Source: a virus (lineage: Duplodnaviria; Caudoviricetes). From it: 36,231 nt of DNA. The number at the start of each line of letters is the position of its first letter. The first letter of the stretch is position 1. Positions 27,387 to 36,231 of the stretch are shown in pieces. Location: the IMG/VR virus record IMGVR_UViG_3300036798_000115, positions 1 through 36,231 of that record; one strand, written 5' to 3'. The position numbers were made by a program, and so were the translations under genes. The notes below the pieces were generated by a model, which worked only from the letters and a program-made list of their open reading frames with translations, did not search any database and was not told where the DNA came from.

Positions 27387-28111
27387 TACCAGCGTACCCT
27401 GTTCCAGAGAACGGCAGGTGGAGGAAATGCGTAAGCAATTGTGTCTTCAACTTCCTGTTCACCTGTTACACCACGTAGTGCTTCAATGTCAGTCATGTAC
27501 CTTGCATACAACTTGTCATATGCAGAGTTGGTCTGTGCTGCTTGTTCAGGAAAGAAGTCAAGTTCCATGTTCGCAGCAGCAAGTAACATGATGACACGTT
27601 TCACAGCAGGTGCATCTTCCATACTCATTGACGATGCAAACTCATCCATGACTTCAGTGTAAGCATCGTCAATTGCAGCCAATGCTTGTGGGTAAGTGAT
27701 TGATGTATCAGGTGTGAACTTACTGAGTAGGTTACCGTAAGTGTCACGTGTCCTTGCCATCAGATGAGCTTGTGCAACTTCAGTGGGCGATGGAGTAACA
27801 GCGAACGTCAAGTCATCCGGTAGTAGTGACTCCACCTTGAATGTCAACACACCACGGTCAGGGAACACCTCCGGCAAACCGCCAGATAGTGACTGTATGA
27901 ATGCAGGAAATGTTCCCACCGTGGCTAGATCAGCAGCAGTGAATTGGTAAGTAACCAGTGACTTGTCAGTAGTGTCAACGTCCATGTTGAAGTTCATGTC
28001 ACCAACAACCAACTCGGCAGTGTCAATGACAGGTATTGATCCGTCTGAGCGTATGCATTGGTACGCAAACACTGGTTGTGTCGCACCAAGCTTGATGGAG
28101 AAATCAGGCAT
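27386..28111 (-). CDS. head-tail adaptor with N-terminal BppU-like domain
   Basis: N-terminal FSIKLG...VTYQFTAADLATVGTF...FP; C-terminal ARTRD...ELDFFPEQ. Confidence 0.65.
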   Translation of the reverse strand: MPDFSIKLGATQPVFAYQCIRSDGSIPVIDTAELVVGDMNFNMDVDTTDKSLVTYQFTAADLATVGTFPAFIQSLSGGLPEVFPDRGVLTFKVESLLPDDLTFAVTPSPTEVAQAHLMARTRDTYGNLLSKFTPDTSITYPQALAAIDDAYTEVMDEFASSMSMEDAPAVKRVIMLLAAANMELDFFPEQAAQTNSAYDKLYARYMTDIEALRGVTGEQEVEDTIAYAFPPPAVLWNRVRW

Positions 28112-28113
28112 TA

Positions 28114-28731
28114 CTAACCCTGTTGAATAATGGCAGTCAGTCCTGAGATGACACTCTTACGTGAGTCACCACCTGTTGCAGTATCTTCTGCATCCAGCAA
28201 CCTACGTGCTAGTTCAGGGTCACCTTCTGCTGCATCTACAACTTCACGTGCAGTTGGTTTGTCTTCCTTGATCCAAGCTGCCAACTCATCATCTGACATT
28301 TCACTGACAGATTCAACTTCTTCAGTGTCAGCACTGGTGACAGTACCAGTAACAGTACCAGTGACGGTACCAGTGACAACACCAGTGTCAGCCTTTTCAG
28401 AGTCAGTGTCATCTTCATCTTCACTGTCGTCTTCATCTTTAGTGTCGTCTTCAGGTGGTGCTTGTGGAACTTGCTTCTCCGACTGTGTCTGCTGCATTGC
28501 TGCAATCTCAGCAGCTTCAGCTTCAGCAGCTTCCTTAGCAGCAGCTTCATCCTCTTCAGTTACAAACGCATGGTGTTCTTCACCACGTTGAATATCCTCT
28601 TCACGTGGAATTTCAACTGTGTCACCTTGCTTGGCTGTTCTTTCGATCCAGTATGTCTTGTCAGGATGAAACCTGTCTTCAATCTCTTCCATGTACCAGA
28701 AACCTAGATGCCTGATAGTACGCTCCGCCAT
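28114..28731 (-). CDS. acidic head-associated hypothetical protein
   Basis: Directly downstream of the capsid gene; acidic linker and helical C-terminus. Confidence 0.75.
   Translation of the reverse strand: MAERTIRHLGFWYMEEIEDRFHPDKTYWIERTAKQGDTVEIPREEDIQRGEEHHAFVTEEDEAAAKEAAEAEAAEIAAMQQTQSEKQVPQAPPEDDTKDEDDSEDEDDTDSEKADTGVVTGTVTGTVTGTVTSADTEEVESVSEMSDDELAAWIKEDKPTAREVVDAAEGDPELARRLLDAEDTATGGDSRKSVISGLTAIIQQG
28337..28384. repeat. 4 x 12-bp tandem repeat (encodes VTGT-like units)
   Basis: GTGACAGTACCA GTAACAGTACCA GTGACGGTACCA GTGACAACACCA. Confidence 0.85.
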
Positions 28732-28732
28732 C

Positions 28733-29749
28733 TTAGGCAATCCCTGTCACTTGGAGAACAGAGAACGGATTGGTGACATACATGACAGGACGCACACTTG
28801 ACTGCACCCATGTCTTCTCTTCTTCAGGTTCACGCCATGTCTCAGTACCTAGTGGCTTTTCAATCCTCATCTCACCAACCTGTCCTGATGCCACAACATA
28901 CGCTGTGCCAGCAGGGATGCGGTTGGATGAGTACAGGTCGATGCCCATTGCACTGAGTAGTGATGACAGGTTCGCTGAACCGTACAGTGTGATCAGTGTC
29001 GCCATTTCCTGTGGGTTCAACAGCCACAGGTCGTAACTGACACCTAGTTCCTGCTGGTCAGCATACTGCTGTGCTTTTGCAAAGTCAGCAGCAGGGTAAG
29101 CTGACGCTTGTGATGCAGTGCCACCTGCTGTCTGAACTGCACTCCATGGGTGACCTGCAAATGTCTGAGTGTACTCTGTTACTGAAGCAGCAAGTACACC
29201 AACAGCAATCAGGTTGATCTTCCTGACCATTGTGTTTGCCAGTTGGCGAATCTGATTGGCGAACACTGCCTGTTGGTTACGGTCACGTGCCTCATCTGTG
29301 ATGAACACTTTGCCACCGTACTTCTCAACTTCAGCGACACGTGGACGCAACTTGGCACTGGTGACCAATGGGAACTCGGCACCAGGTGCAATCTTCTCCA
29401 CGTCACGTGCAGTGTACAACTGGTTCATGGTCGCCTGATCGTACACAACAGCACCACCAGTAACACCACCGCCAGAAGAGAAAATCCTGTCGGCAATGAA
29501 CCTCTGCTGTGTCAGGTCCATGATCATCTGTGTGACACGTGTTGGCTGTTGAAGCAACAGGTCAACAGTGATCAGTGTGTCAGTAACAGTTGGCGGTCCA
29601 AGCGGGTGTGCCGCCGGTGCCATAGTGGGTACATAAGTGGGGTTAGCAGGGAAACCAACTGCCTGCACATTCGGTGCACGTCTGCCAGCAGTGACAGGTT
29701 CGGCACGTGCAAGCACTCGGTCACCAGCTTTGATGATTCCTGGTTGCAC
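28733..29749 (-). CDS. major capsid protein
   Basis: 338 aa from GTG 29749 (AAGGGT upstream); PGAEFP, VEKYGGKVFITDEARDRN, TETWREP...VTNP; follows the protease and decoration genes. Confidence 0.88.
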   Translation of the reverse strand: MQPGIIKAGDRVLARAEPVTAGRRAPNVQAVGFPANPTYVPTMAPAAHPLGPPTVTDTLITVDLLLQQPTRVTQMIMDLTQQRFIADRIFSSGGGVTGGAVVYDQATMNQLYTARDVEKIAPGAEFPLVTSAKLRPRVAEVEKYGGKVFITDEARDRNQQAVFANQIRQLANTMVRKINLIAVGVLAASVTEYTQTFAGHPWSAVQTAGGTASQASAYPAADFAKAQQYADQQELGVSYDLWLLNPQEMATLITLYGSANLSSLLSAMGIDLYSSNRIPAGTAYVVASGQVGEMRIEKPLGTETWREPEEEKTWVQSSVRPVMYVTNPFSVLQVTGIA

Positions 29750-29762
29750 TAACTTTACCCTT

Positions 29763-30191
29763 TCAGTAGAGACTGACTTGTGCATCTTCACCTGCACCTG
29801 CACTGCTGATGACAAAGCCACACTTGAAACCAGAAGTCCACGGTGCAACTTGTCCATTCGGACCAACTTCTACTTCTGCACCGATACCAATGGCGGAAGA
29901 TGCAGTAACAGGTACAACCATCTTACTGCCGCGGATCACATCGACAAATGAACTTGCTGCACCGTCATAAGCAGCAACACCAAAGATAGGTGCTGTCTGA
30001 CCAGCAGCAGCAGTTTCAATGTGCACACATCCTGCATCTGCTGGAACTGATGTTGCAGTTGGATCGAAGTCAGGACCGGAACGGTCACCAGGTCCAACTG
30101 TCACAAACGTTTTACCAGTGACAGGGTTGGAACACCACCCGGTGATGTTGTCACCATCATCGTAGTAGGGAATGCACTCATTTGACGCCAT
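29763..30191 (-). CDS. capsid decoration/cement protein
   Basis: FGVAAYD...VPVTASSAIGIGAEVEVGPNGQ; lies between the protease and capsid genes. Confidence 0.8.
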   Translation of the reverse strand: MASNECIPYYDDGDNITGWCSNPVTGKTFVTVGPGDRSGPDFDPTATSVPADAGCVHIETAAAGQTAPIFGVAAYDGAASSFVDVIRGSKMVVPVTASSAIGIGAEVEVGPNGQVAPWTSGFKCGFVISSAGAGEDAQVSLY

Positions 30192-30194
30192 GTA

Positions 30195-31922
30195 CTATGA
30201 CTCCTGAATGATAGTGGCTTGACGTGGTTGCTGTCTCCTTTGAAGTTCAGGGAACAGAGTTGTTGGATATGCGGTTGCTGCTGTGTCACCTTCCTCGTTT
30301 GGTGCAGTACCGAGTTGACCAACTGGAATCAACCCTGGTGACAGTAGCTCGATTGTTGCCTTGACACCTTCAGGGTCGGCATCCCATGCTGCACGCCAGT
30401 GTTCAACCCTTGCAGGTGCAAACTTTCCTTCCTGTACAGCGGCGGCCAAGTAACTGTCACGGTCACTTGTCTGTTGACGTTCATACGCCTGCCTGCCCAT
30501 TGCAGCGTCACTCTGCATCTTGGCAAACGTGTCACGGTCAACTGTTACAGTGTCACCACGTGATGCCGTGGTGGACGGGTTAGCGGGTGTTGCCTCTGGT
30601 GCAGACGTGCCGCTAGGAGGCTCTGTAACGCCTTCTGCGGGCATCGCAGGGGGTTCGGCAGGGGTAGGGTCGGGTGACTCCTTTTCAAGCTCAGAATTGA
30701 TTTCTGCTTCAGTTGCATCATCCGGCAGATTCAGTCGCTTCCTGAGTCTGTCAAGGTTGATGTTTGCTGTCACTTTCGATTGTGCCACGCTAGGCTTACT
30801 CCTTGTATCTGGTCGTGATGACTTACTGTCACTGTACACTGATGCGATCACTGCACCAGCGAAACTGGCGGCAGTTGCAGGTTGATCGACATATTGTATC
30901 TTGACAGGAATGGGGTCACTGAAAGTTACTTCATTGTCACCCATGTTGAATGGTATGCGATACAAACCTCCTTCATCGTCATCGACAATCAGTTCGTTTG
31001 GATCAAGCAACAGTGCACGAATCCACCACCAGTATTGTTCATTGTCCTGAGTGGCAACTGTGTCATAGAATGACCTGCGTACATCTTCTGCGTTTGTACT
31101 TGCCAGTGTTGCGGCCAGTGATGACAGTGAGGCAGGTGGATCTTCTTTGAGTGAATTCTTGTACATGTTCACTAAGGTAGTTGCAGCAGCTTTCAGTGCA
31201 TCTGAACAACCACCTGTAACTTGATTCACTCTACCAGCAGCAGCGTGCACACCGTTACGATTCAACTTACCTGATGGTTCTCTGACAGGTAGAGAGTAAC
31301 GCTGTTTGGCTGTGGCGTTCTTCATTGCATCATTGCACTTGCCACGGTCATACACTGTCGCTTTGGTGTACTGTGCATCTGTGTAATCTGAATCAGAGAA
31401 ATTCGACCATGGTGTATCTGACACTGCTTCTGCCACCACCATGGCTAATCCCGCCATAGTAACTCCTTCCGGTCCTGTATCTGATAGTGAGATTTCCAGG
31501 TCATCCAGTGTGGATATGCCCGGCCACACCACGCCCAGCAGTGCCACATCTGTAACTACGAATTGCCACTTGTGACCAGTGACAGTTTCCACATTCCAAT
31601 TACCTTCAATGGAGCGATTGGGATACGCAGTCGGCATGACAGCGGCCAACCAATCAGGTACACCAACGTAGTCACATACCACCGTGTTACCACTGTTCTC
31701 CAACCGCAAGTTACTGGCAACGCCAAATGCAGGTTCACCATCCAAGCCATTGAACCTTGTATCTGTATGACCGAGCTTCAGACGTGGTGCCACAAGTGCA
31801 GGATCATTCTGTGAATCAACGATGGCTTGCAGGTCTTCAGTAGTAAAGGTGATTGGACCTGTACTGGTTGGATACTCAATGCCAGTCTCTACAATTGGAA
31901 TGGAGGTAAGTGTTTGTGCCAT
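30195..31922 (-). CDS. capsid maturation protease / scaffold (Mu gpI-like)
   Basis: LKLGH, YPNRSIE and VALLG..PG motifs; C-terminal AAVQEGKFAPA scaffold-like region. Confidence 0.85.
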   Translation of the reverse strand: MAQTLTSIPIVETGIEYPTSTGPITFTTEDLQAIVDSQNDPALVAPRLKLGHTDTRFNGLDGEPAFGVASNLRLENSGNTVVCDYVGVPDWLAAVMPTAYPNRSIEGNWNVETVTGHKWQFVVTDVALLGVVWPGISTLDDLEISLSDTGPEGVTMAGLAMVVAEAVSDTPWSNFSDSDYTDAQYTKATVYDRGKCNDAMKNATAKQRYSLPVREPSGKLNRNGVHAAAGRVNQVTGGCSDALKAAATTLVNMYKNSLKEDPPASLSSLAATLASTNAEDVRRSFYDTVATQDNEQYWWWIRALLLDPNELIVDDDEGGLYRIPFNMGDNEVTFSDPIPVKIQYVDQPATAASFAGAVIASVYSDSKSSRPDTRSKPSVAQSKVTANINLDRLRKRLNLPDDATEAEINSELEKESPDPTPAEPPAMPAEGVTEPPSGTSAPEATPANPSTTASRGDTVTVDRDTFAKMQSDAAMGRQAYERQQTSDRDSYLAAAVQEGKFAPARVEHWRAAWDADPEGVKATIELLSPGLIPVGQLGTAPNEEGDTAATAYPTTLFPELQRRQQPRQATIIQES

Positions 31923-31930
31923 GGTTAGTA

Positions 31931-34213
31931 TCAACCTCCTTCTGTGGTATCAACTTCACCATACACACCAACCAGTGTGCCCCTGCAACGTGGTCCACCT
32001 GCACAGTTCATGTAACCACCTGTTGGATAGTCAGCTTCCGCTGCATCCATGTCAGGATACTCAGTGCCATCAACGTCAGTGCACTCATCACATGTGTTAC
32101 TGTCAAGCAACTCGGAGGCATACAGCTTGTTCGGGTCACCGTCACTGAACACTTCTTTACGGCCAGTGTTCAATGCCTGTTGCAGTGTGCCACCTAGCTG
32201 ATCCTGTAAGTAGCTGGTGGATAAACTGTTGAGGTAATTACCAACTGTTTTAGCCACCATTTCAGGTGACTGCGCTGGTGACAAGGATAAGGCTTTACGT
32301 GCACCAGACTCACTGAGTGAACGTGCCAGCACTTGATCAACTGAACCTGCACGTTGTGCCATTGATGCATTTGCACTTGTCATGTCAGGCATGGGAATAT
32401 GCTTGCCTTGCTTACTTGCTTCAGTGACAGCTTGCTTGGCACCGTTACTAGCCATGTCCACCATGTGCTGTTGAATGATAGTGGCATGTACAGGATCAGC
32501 TTGAATGCTGGCTAGTGTGTCAAGGTTACCCTTAGCTGCAACTATCTGTTCCTGTAACTGCTTGACCTGAATGCCTTGTCCCTGTTTCACTGCACTTACT
32601 AGGCTGGCTTGCGATGTATCAAACAGAGTGTCAAGTGCAGCGAAGTCAACCTGTGCCTGTACCTCATGAGGGTAAGGTTGACGGCGCAAGGTTCGTTTGG
32701 GCAGTGGCAGGAGAGAACTGACCGCTGACCGCGTGACCTTGCGCCGTGTGTCATCAGTAACAGCCTCACGTGGGGGCATGACTGTCACTGATGATTGTGT
32801 CACTGGTGGCTTACCGTTACCAAGCTCGGGTGTAACGGGTTGCTGTTGTGACACAGGTTGTGGTGTTTCCGGCGTTTCCGGCGAAGGTGGCACATCTGGT
32901 TCTTTGACAGTTGGCGGATTCGGTTCAATTGTTTCATCTGGCGGTATGTAACTTGGCAGTGCATACTTGCCACGTATGTAAGCTTCAAGCTCAGGATCAA
33001 CGTGGATGACATTGTTTGCTACCAGTGACACCAGGTCGGCAATAGCAAGGTCAGGATCAGGGTTGCGCTCATGCTCGATACGCGGTGTCAGTTCCTCTTC
33101 ACCGTAATTCCAGTCCACCCAATCTTCAATGAGAAACTCTGACACTGTTTCTTCAACCCACAGTGCAATTGTTTCCTGTGTCATGGTGAAGAAGTCAATG
33201 AATGATTCACCGAGTGCACGTGCACCTGACTGTGTTTGACCAAGCTGCATGAACATCATCAGGAATGAACGCGCCATTGCCTCATCATGCATTTGGATTG
33301 ACTTCACAGTGTCAGGCATACCGCCAGTTGTACCTACCAGTGTCAGCTTTGCACCAAATGGTGTAGCTGCACCTGACATGTCACCAGCACGGAATGACTG
33401 CGCCAGTTGGTTCAGGTACTCTATCTGTTGCTTGGTTGCACCTTGTGGCGCTTCGATCCATGGCACACCTAGACCGTTACGGTCATGCTTCATTGCATCC
33501 ACTCGTAACAACCTGTCCTTGATCAACCAGTTCTTGTACACACTGCGAAACATACTGCGACCGAACCAGTTGCCACCTTCAAGGTCCCACACCATTGGTG
33601 TCAATCGTGCAGCAGGAATTTCAGGTGAAGAGATACCAACTGCCTGCTTGATACTGACAAGTGCACCTTGTTCATCAACCTTCACCTGAGAGATGGTTGC
33701 TGGTGGACGCGGTGCAATGTCAACTAAGTGCCACATGCCATCGCGTATGACACCGATGTTCTCGAAGTAATAGAAACCGTACACAGTGGCTAAAAGAGCT
33801 TGACGGAGAAAGTTACCCCAATGGAACTTGTCACGTGTCCGTGGCTTGTTCGATGCGGTTTCACCTTGAATCGGCAGGTTCACATCATCGGCAAATGCTT
33901 GCACCACTTCATCACGTGCACCGTTGGGTGACACAAACCAATTGTATCTGCGGATCGGCATGGTGTAACCGAGATACAAACCCTGACACTGACTGTCAGT
34001 ACGCATGGTGTGATATGTCTGCACTGATCTAGGCCATGTCAGTTCAGGTACATGTTCAGTCTGGTCAATCCAGCCTATCTCCGCCCATGGCAATACGCCA
34101 CCGATGTTCACCTGTCCCATTTCACCAACAGGTGGTGGACCTGCACCATTGGATGATGGTGGTGTAACCATCGTGCGTGCTTTGACTCTACGGGTTGAAT
34201 TGGTAACTGACAT
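31931..34213 (-). CDS. portal protein (DUF935 / Mu gp29-like) fused to a MuF-like minor head domain
   Basis: YGFYYFE, NWFGRSMFR and RNGLGVP portal motifs; Pro-rich linker; ELLDSNTCDEC...CAGGPRCRG C-terminus. Confidence 0.88.
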   Translation of the reverse strand: MSVTNSTRRVKARTMVTPPSSNGAGPPPVGEMGQVNIGGVLPWAEIGWIDQTEHVPELTWPRSVQTYHTMRTDSQCQGLYLGYTMPIRRYNWFVSPNGARDEVVQAFADDVNLPIQGETASNKPRTRDKFHWGNFLRQALLATVYGFYYFENIGVIRDGMWHLVDIAPRPPATISQVKVDEQGALVSIKQAVGISSPEIPAARLTPMVWDLEGGNWFGRSMFRSVYKNWLIKDRLLRVDAMKHDRNGLGVPWIEAPQGATKQQIEYLNQLAQSFRAGDMSGAATPFGAKLTLVGTTGGMPDTVKSIQMHDEAMARSFLMMFMQLGQTQSGARALGESFIDFFTMTQETIALWVEETVSEFLIEDWVDWNYGEEELTPRIEHERNPDPDLAIADLVSLVANNVIHVDPELEAYIRGKYALPSYIPPDETIEPNPPTVKEPDVPPSPETPETPQPVSQQQPVTPELGNGKPPVTQSSVTVMPPREAVTDDTRRKVTRSAVSSLLPLPKRTLRRQPYPHEVQAQVDFAALDTLFDTSQASLVSAVKQGQGIQVKQLQEQIVAAKGNLDTLASIQADPVHATIIQQHMVDMASNGAKQAVTEASKQGKHIPMPDMTSANASMAQRAGSVDQVLARSLSESGARKALSLSPAQSPEMVAKTVGNYLNSLSTSYLQDQLGGTLQQALNTGRKEVFSDGDPNKLYASELLDSNTCDECTDVDGTEYPDMDAAEADYPTGGYMNCAGGPRCRGTLVGVYGEVDTTEGG

Positions 34214-34227
34214 GGTGAATGAAGTTA

Positions 34228-34419
34228 CTACTTGGTTGGGACACCAGGAACAGCTTGACCAGGGATAACAGGTGCAGCTTGTCCTGGTGTTTGTGCAACT
34301 GATGCTGGTGGATATGGTGCAAATCCAGGGTTACTGGTTGGCTGATCATACACTCTTGGTGAGGTGAAAGGTGCAGGCATGAATACCTCTGCACCTGCAC
34401 CACCGATTTTACCTGCCAT
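34228..34419 (-). CDS. small Pro/Gly-rich protein (63 aa)
   Basis: GAAAGG upstream; fills the gap between endolysin and portal. Confidence 0.65.
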   Translation of the reverse strand: MAGKIGGAGAEVFMPAPFTSPRVYDQPTSNPGFAPYPPASVAQTPGQAAPVIPGQAVPGVPTK

Positions 34420-34447
34420 GATGTGTCACTTACCTTTCGTTAGTGTG

Positions 34448-35299
34448 TCACTTTGGCAGATTGGTGAATCCGGCTTTCTGCTTGCCAGCTTCACCACCTG
34501 ACCATGATGTTTCATTTGCTTTCTGCCACAGGTGCACCGGGTTGCCATCTTCCTGCCGCGCGAACAACTCCATTGTGCCACTGGCAGTGACAGTTGCCGA
34601 CAGTCCGGCCAGCTTCTCACCTGACTTGGTGAGTACACCACCATCATTCCAGTCTGTTTCATTCTTGCGCTGGTACCTGTACCAAACAGACTTACCATCA
34701 GTGGCTACCCAAAACACATGGAGAGTACCGTTAGCTGCCACTGTTGATGTGATCATGTCACCCTCTTCTGTTGGTTGTGTAACCGCACCACCTTTGGCTA
34801 GGTCCAATACATAGTCATAGGGGAATCCACTGCCACAGTCAACGTGTCCACCGCCACGTGCACCTAGGTCAATATGTTGACACACGCCACGACCTGAACC
34901 TTGAGCTTGTGACGCTGTGAGTTTCACTATGGGAATGTTGAAGTGTGCAGCTTCTTCAGCAATCCACTTGGCACAGTTCTCCAACATGTTGTGGTGATTG
35001 TTCTTCCACTCTGAAGTTGACCATGACGCAAAACCGCACAACTCGTTACTTGTGGCTATCGGATTGAATTCACTCTGCGTCCAACTTTTGTTGCCACGTG
35101 ACACATACTCACCAATGGTATTGGGAGTGTCATCTGTGCCAACCTGTGATGACACACCTGCACTTGAGCTACTGAAAAATTCACCGAGTGACTGGTAAGT
35201 ACGTGCACCTTCCGCTGTGTGCAGCACGATCAACCTGACACTGGCACCACCACGTGATGAGTAGTTAGGTGACGGTATCCATATACGCTTGAGTGCCAT
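34448..35299 (-). CDS. endolysin, N-acetylmuramoyl-L-alanine amidase (Amidase_2)
   Basis: SPNYSSR...IVLHTAEG, SNELCG, CQH...HVDCG; C-terminal repeated beta-blade-like segments. Confidence 0.88.
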   Translation of the reverse strand: MALKRIWIPSPNYSSRGGASVRLIVLHTAEGARTYQSLGEFFSSSSAGVSSQVGTDDTPNTIGEYVSRGNKSWTQSEFNPIATSNELCGFASWSTSEWKNNHHNMLENCAKWIAEEAAHFNIPIVKLTASQAQGSGRGVCQHIDLGARGGGHVDCGSGFPYDYVLDLAKGGAVTQPTEEGDMITSTVAANGTLHVFWVATDGKSVWYRYQRKNETDWNDGGVLTKSGEKLAGLSATVTASGTMELFARQEDGNPVHLWQKANETSWSGGEAGKQKAGFTNLPK

Positions 35300-35300
35300 G

Positions 35301-35465
35301 TCAGTTACCACCACGACGCCTGTGTTCAATCTCTATACGGCGTGGATCATCCCTGTCCAGAAACTCATAGTCACTCTCATCGTCAAGTGGCATCATGTGT
35401 GGATCAAACGGTTCACGTGATGGCTCAGGTGTTGGTGTCACTTCTTCATGTGGTTCAGTTTCCAT
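35301..35465 (-). CDS. small acidic protein (54 aa, METEPHEE...RRRGGN)
   Basis: Translated by hand; AAGGAG RBS; ends 1 nt before the endolysin ATG. Confidence 0.7.
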   Translation of the reverse strand: METEPHEEVTPTPEPSREPFDPHMMPLDDESDYEFLDRDDPRRIEIEHRRRGGN

Positions 35466-35467
35466 AT

Positions 35468-35644
35468 TCACTCCTTTCCGTTACCAGTAATGTCAAGTAT
35501 CGCATTCAGTAACACTGCCAGTGCACCAAGGAAAGCGATACTGCCTAGTAACTCAGTAGATAAGTCACGGTCAATGATCAATACAACAATGGCAGCAACT
35601 AACATTGCCACTGAAATAAGTATGAGGTAGACACGTGGTTTCAC
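35468..35644 (-). CDS. putative holin (58 aa, two hydrophobic helices)
   Basis: Translated by hand: MKPRVYLILISVAMLVAAIVVLIIDRDLSTELLGSIAFLGALAVLLNAILDITGNGKE; GTGA overlap with the terminase stop. Confidence 0.7.
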   Translation of the reverse strand: MKPRVYLILISVAMLVAAIVVLIIDRDLSTELLGSIAFLGALAVLLNAILDITGNGKE

Positions 35645-36231
35645 AGTGGCCGTGACAGTAAGTCATCAGTGATACCAACTGTACGTTTCTTGTTACGTGG
35701 ATCAGGTTTAGGTGCACTCCAGAAGTTCGCCATGTAACAACTCATCATCAGTGCATCGGCTTTGTCAGGTGAACGTCCGAGTCTCTTCTTTGTTTCATCC
35801 TTTGATTCTATGTAGATTCGACCTGCACTGTCAATGGAATACTTGACTTCCAGTAACTCCGATGCCAGTGTGTCATCATCAGGATCAATGTCAATTGCAC
35901 CAGCTTCAAACAGTTCCATCACTGCCCACCACATCTCTGCACGCAGGTTCTTGAAACGGTTAGGGTTACTGGCTTTTTCTGATGAGTCAAATGGTATCGC
36001 TGGTCTGCCCAATTCACTGACACGATCATACACACCAGCACCAACGCCAATAACATCAATAACGGCAGGACAAGTTTCATCCGTGTCAAGTATGTATCTA
36101 TTGATTCTTCCCGCTGTTTCCATGGTGTCACTTCTCGGTATCACTGTAACTGTACGTATGACACCATCACGGTTGCGCACAATGACAGTCTGATCGTCAC
36201 CGTAACGTGCAATGTCACAACCAAACCTGCC
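35641..36231 (-). CDS. terL: terminase large subunit, C-terminal nuclease domain (5'-truncated by the window)
   Basis: GCDIARYGDDQT, IDVIGVGAGVYD, FKNLRAEMW and ESKDETKKRLGRSPDKADA motifs. Confidence 0.93.
   Translation of the reverse strand, partial: GRFGCDIARYGDDQTVIVRNRDGVIRTVTVIPRSDTMETAGRINRYILDTDETCPAVIDVIGVGAGVYDRVSELGRPAIPFDSSEKASNPNRFKNLRAEMWWAVMELFEAGAIDIDPDDDTLASELLEVKYSIDSAGRIYIESKDETKKRLGRSPDKADALMMSCYMANFWSAPKPDPRNKKRTVGITDDLLSRPL

Noticed and set aside
29750-29866. N-terminal extension of the capsid ORF in the track
   Set aside because: It overlaps the decoration gene out of frame; GTG 29749 has a plausible RBS and no slippery site was recognised.
32670-32760. Hammerhead on the - strand at CTGATGA (32757-32751)
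   Set aside because: No G10.1-C11.1 pair and no GAAA closing the following stem.
723-36193. Numerous antisense or overlapping ORFs in the track (e.g. 1460..2191 -, 18653..19102 +, 29243..29752 +)
   Set aside because: They are shadows of well-supported genes, with no RBS or recognisable motifs.

Overview
This window is most of a tailed-phage genome with a contractile tail. The gene families suggest an Actinomycetota host, which is an inference. The + strand (1-12840) carries small early genes followed by a replication/recombination module: SNF2-like helicase, RlpA-like cell-wall enzyme, RuvC-like resolvase, PD-(D/E)XK exonuclease, AAA ATPase, DUF669 SSB-like protein and a UDG-domain-fused family A polymerase. 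The - strand (12997-36231) carries the late operon: terminase large subunit (truncated by the window edge), holin/endolysin, portal-MuF fusion, protease/scaffold, capsid, neck, sheath, tube, frameshifting tail chaperone, tape measure, baseplate and two fibres. No integrase, primase, reverse transcriptase or CRISPR array is visible. The most interesting signals are non-coding. A type II hammerhead ribozyme (1355-1428) and a tRNA-like 12-bp T-loop minihelix (2000-2030) bracket one HTH gene. A long covarying hairpin element occurs twice (about 2.9 and 12.9 kb), with a possible degenerate third copy inside a late gene. Together these suggest an RNA-processing 'punctuation' system for the early transcript and/or strand-specific ssDNA signals. 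Protein calls come from motif recognition by eye; no database searches were run.
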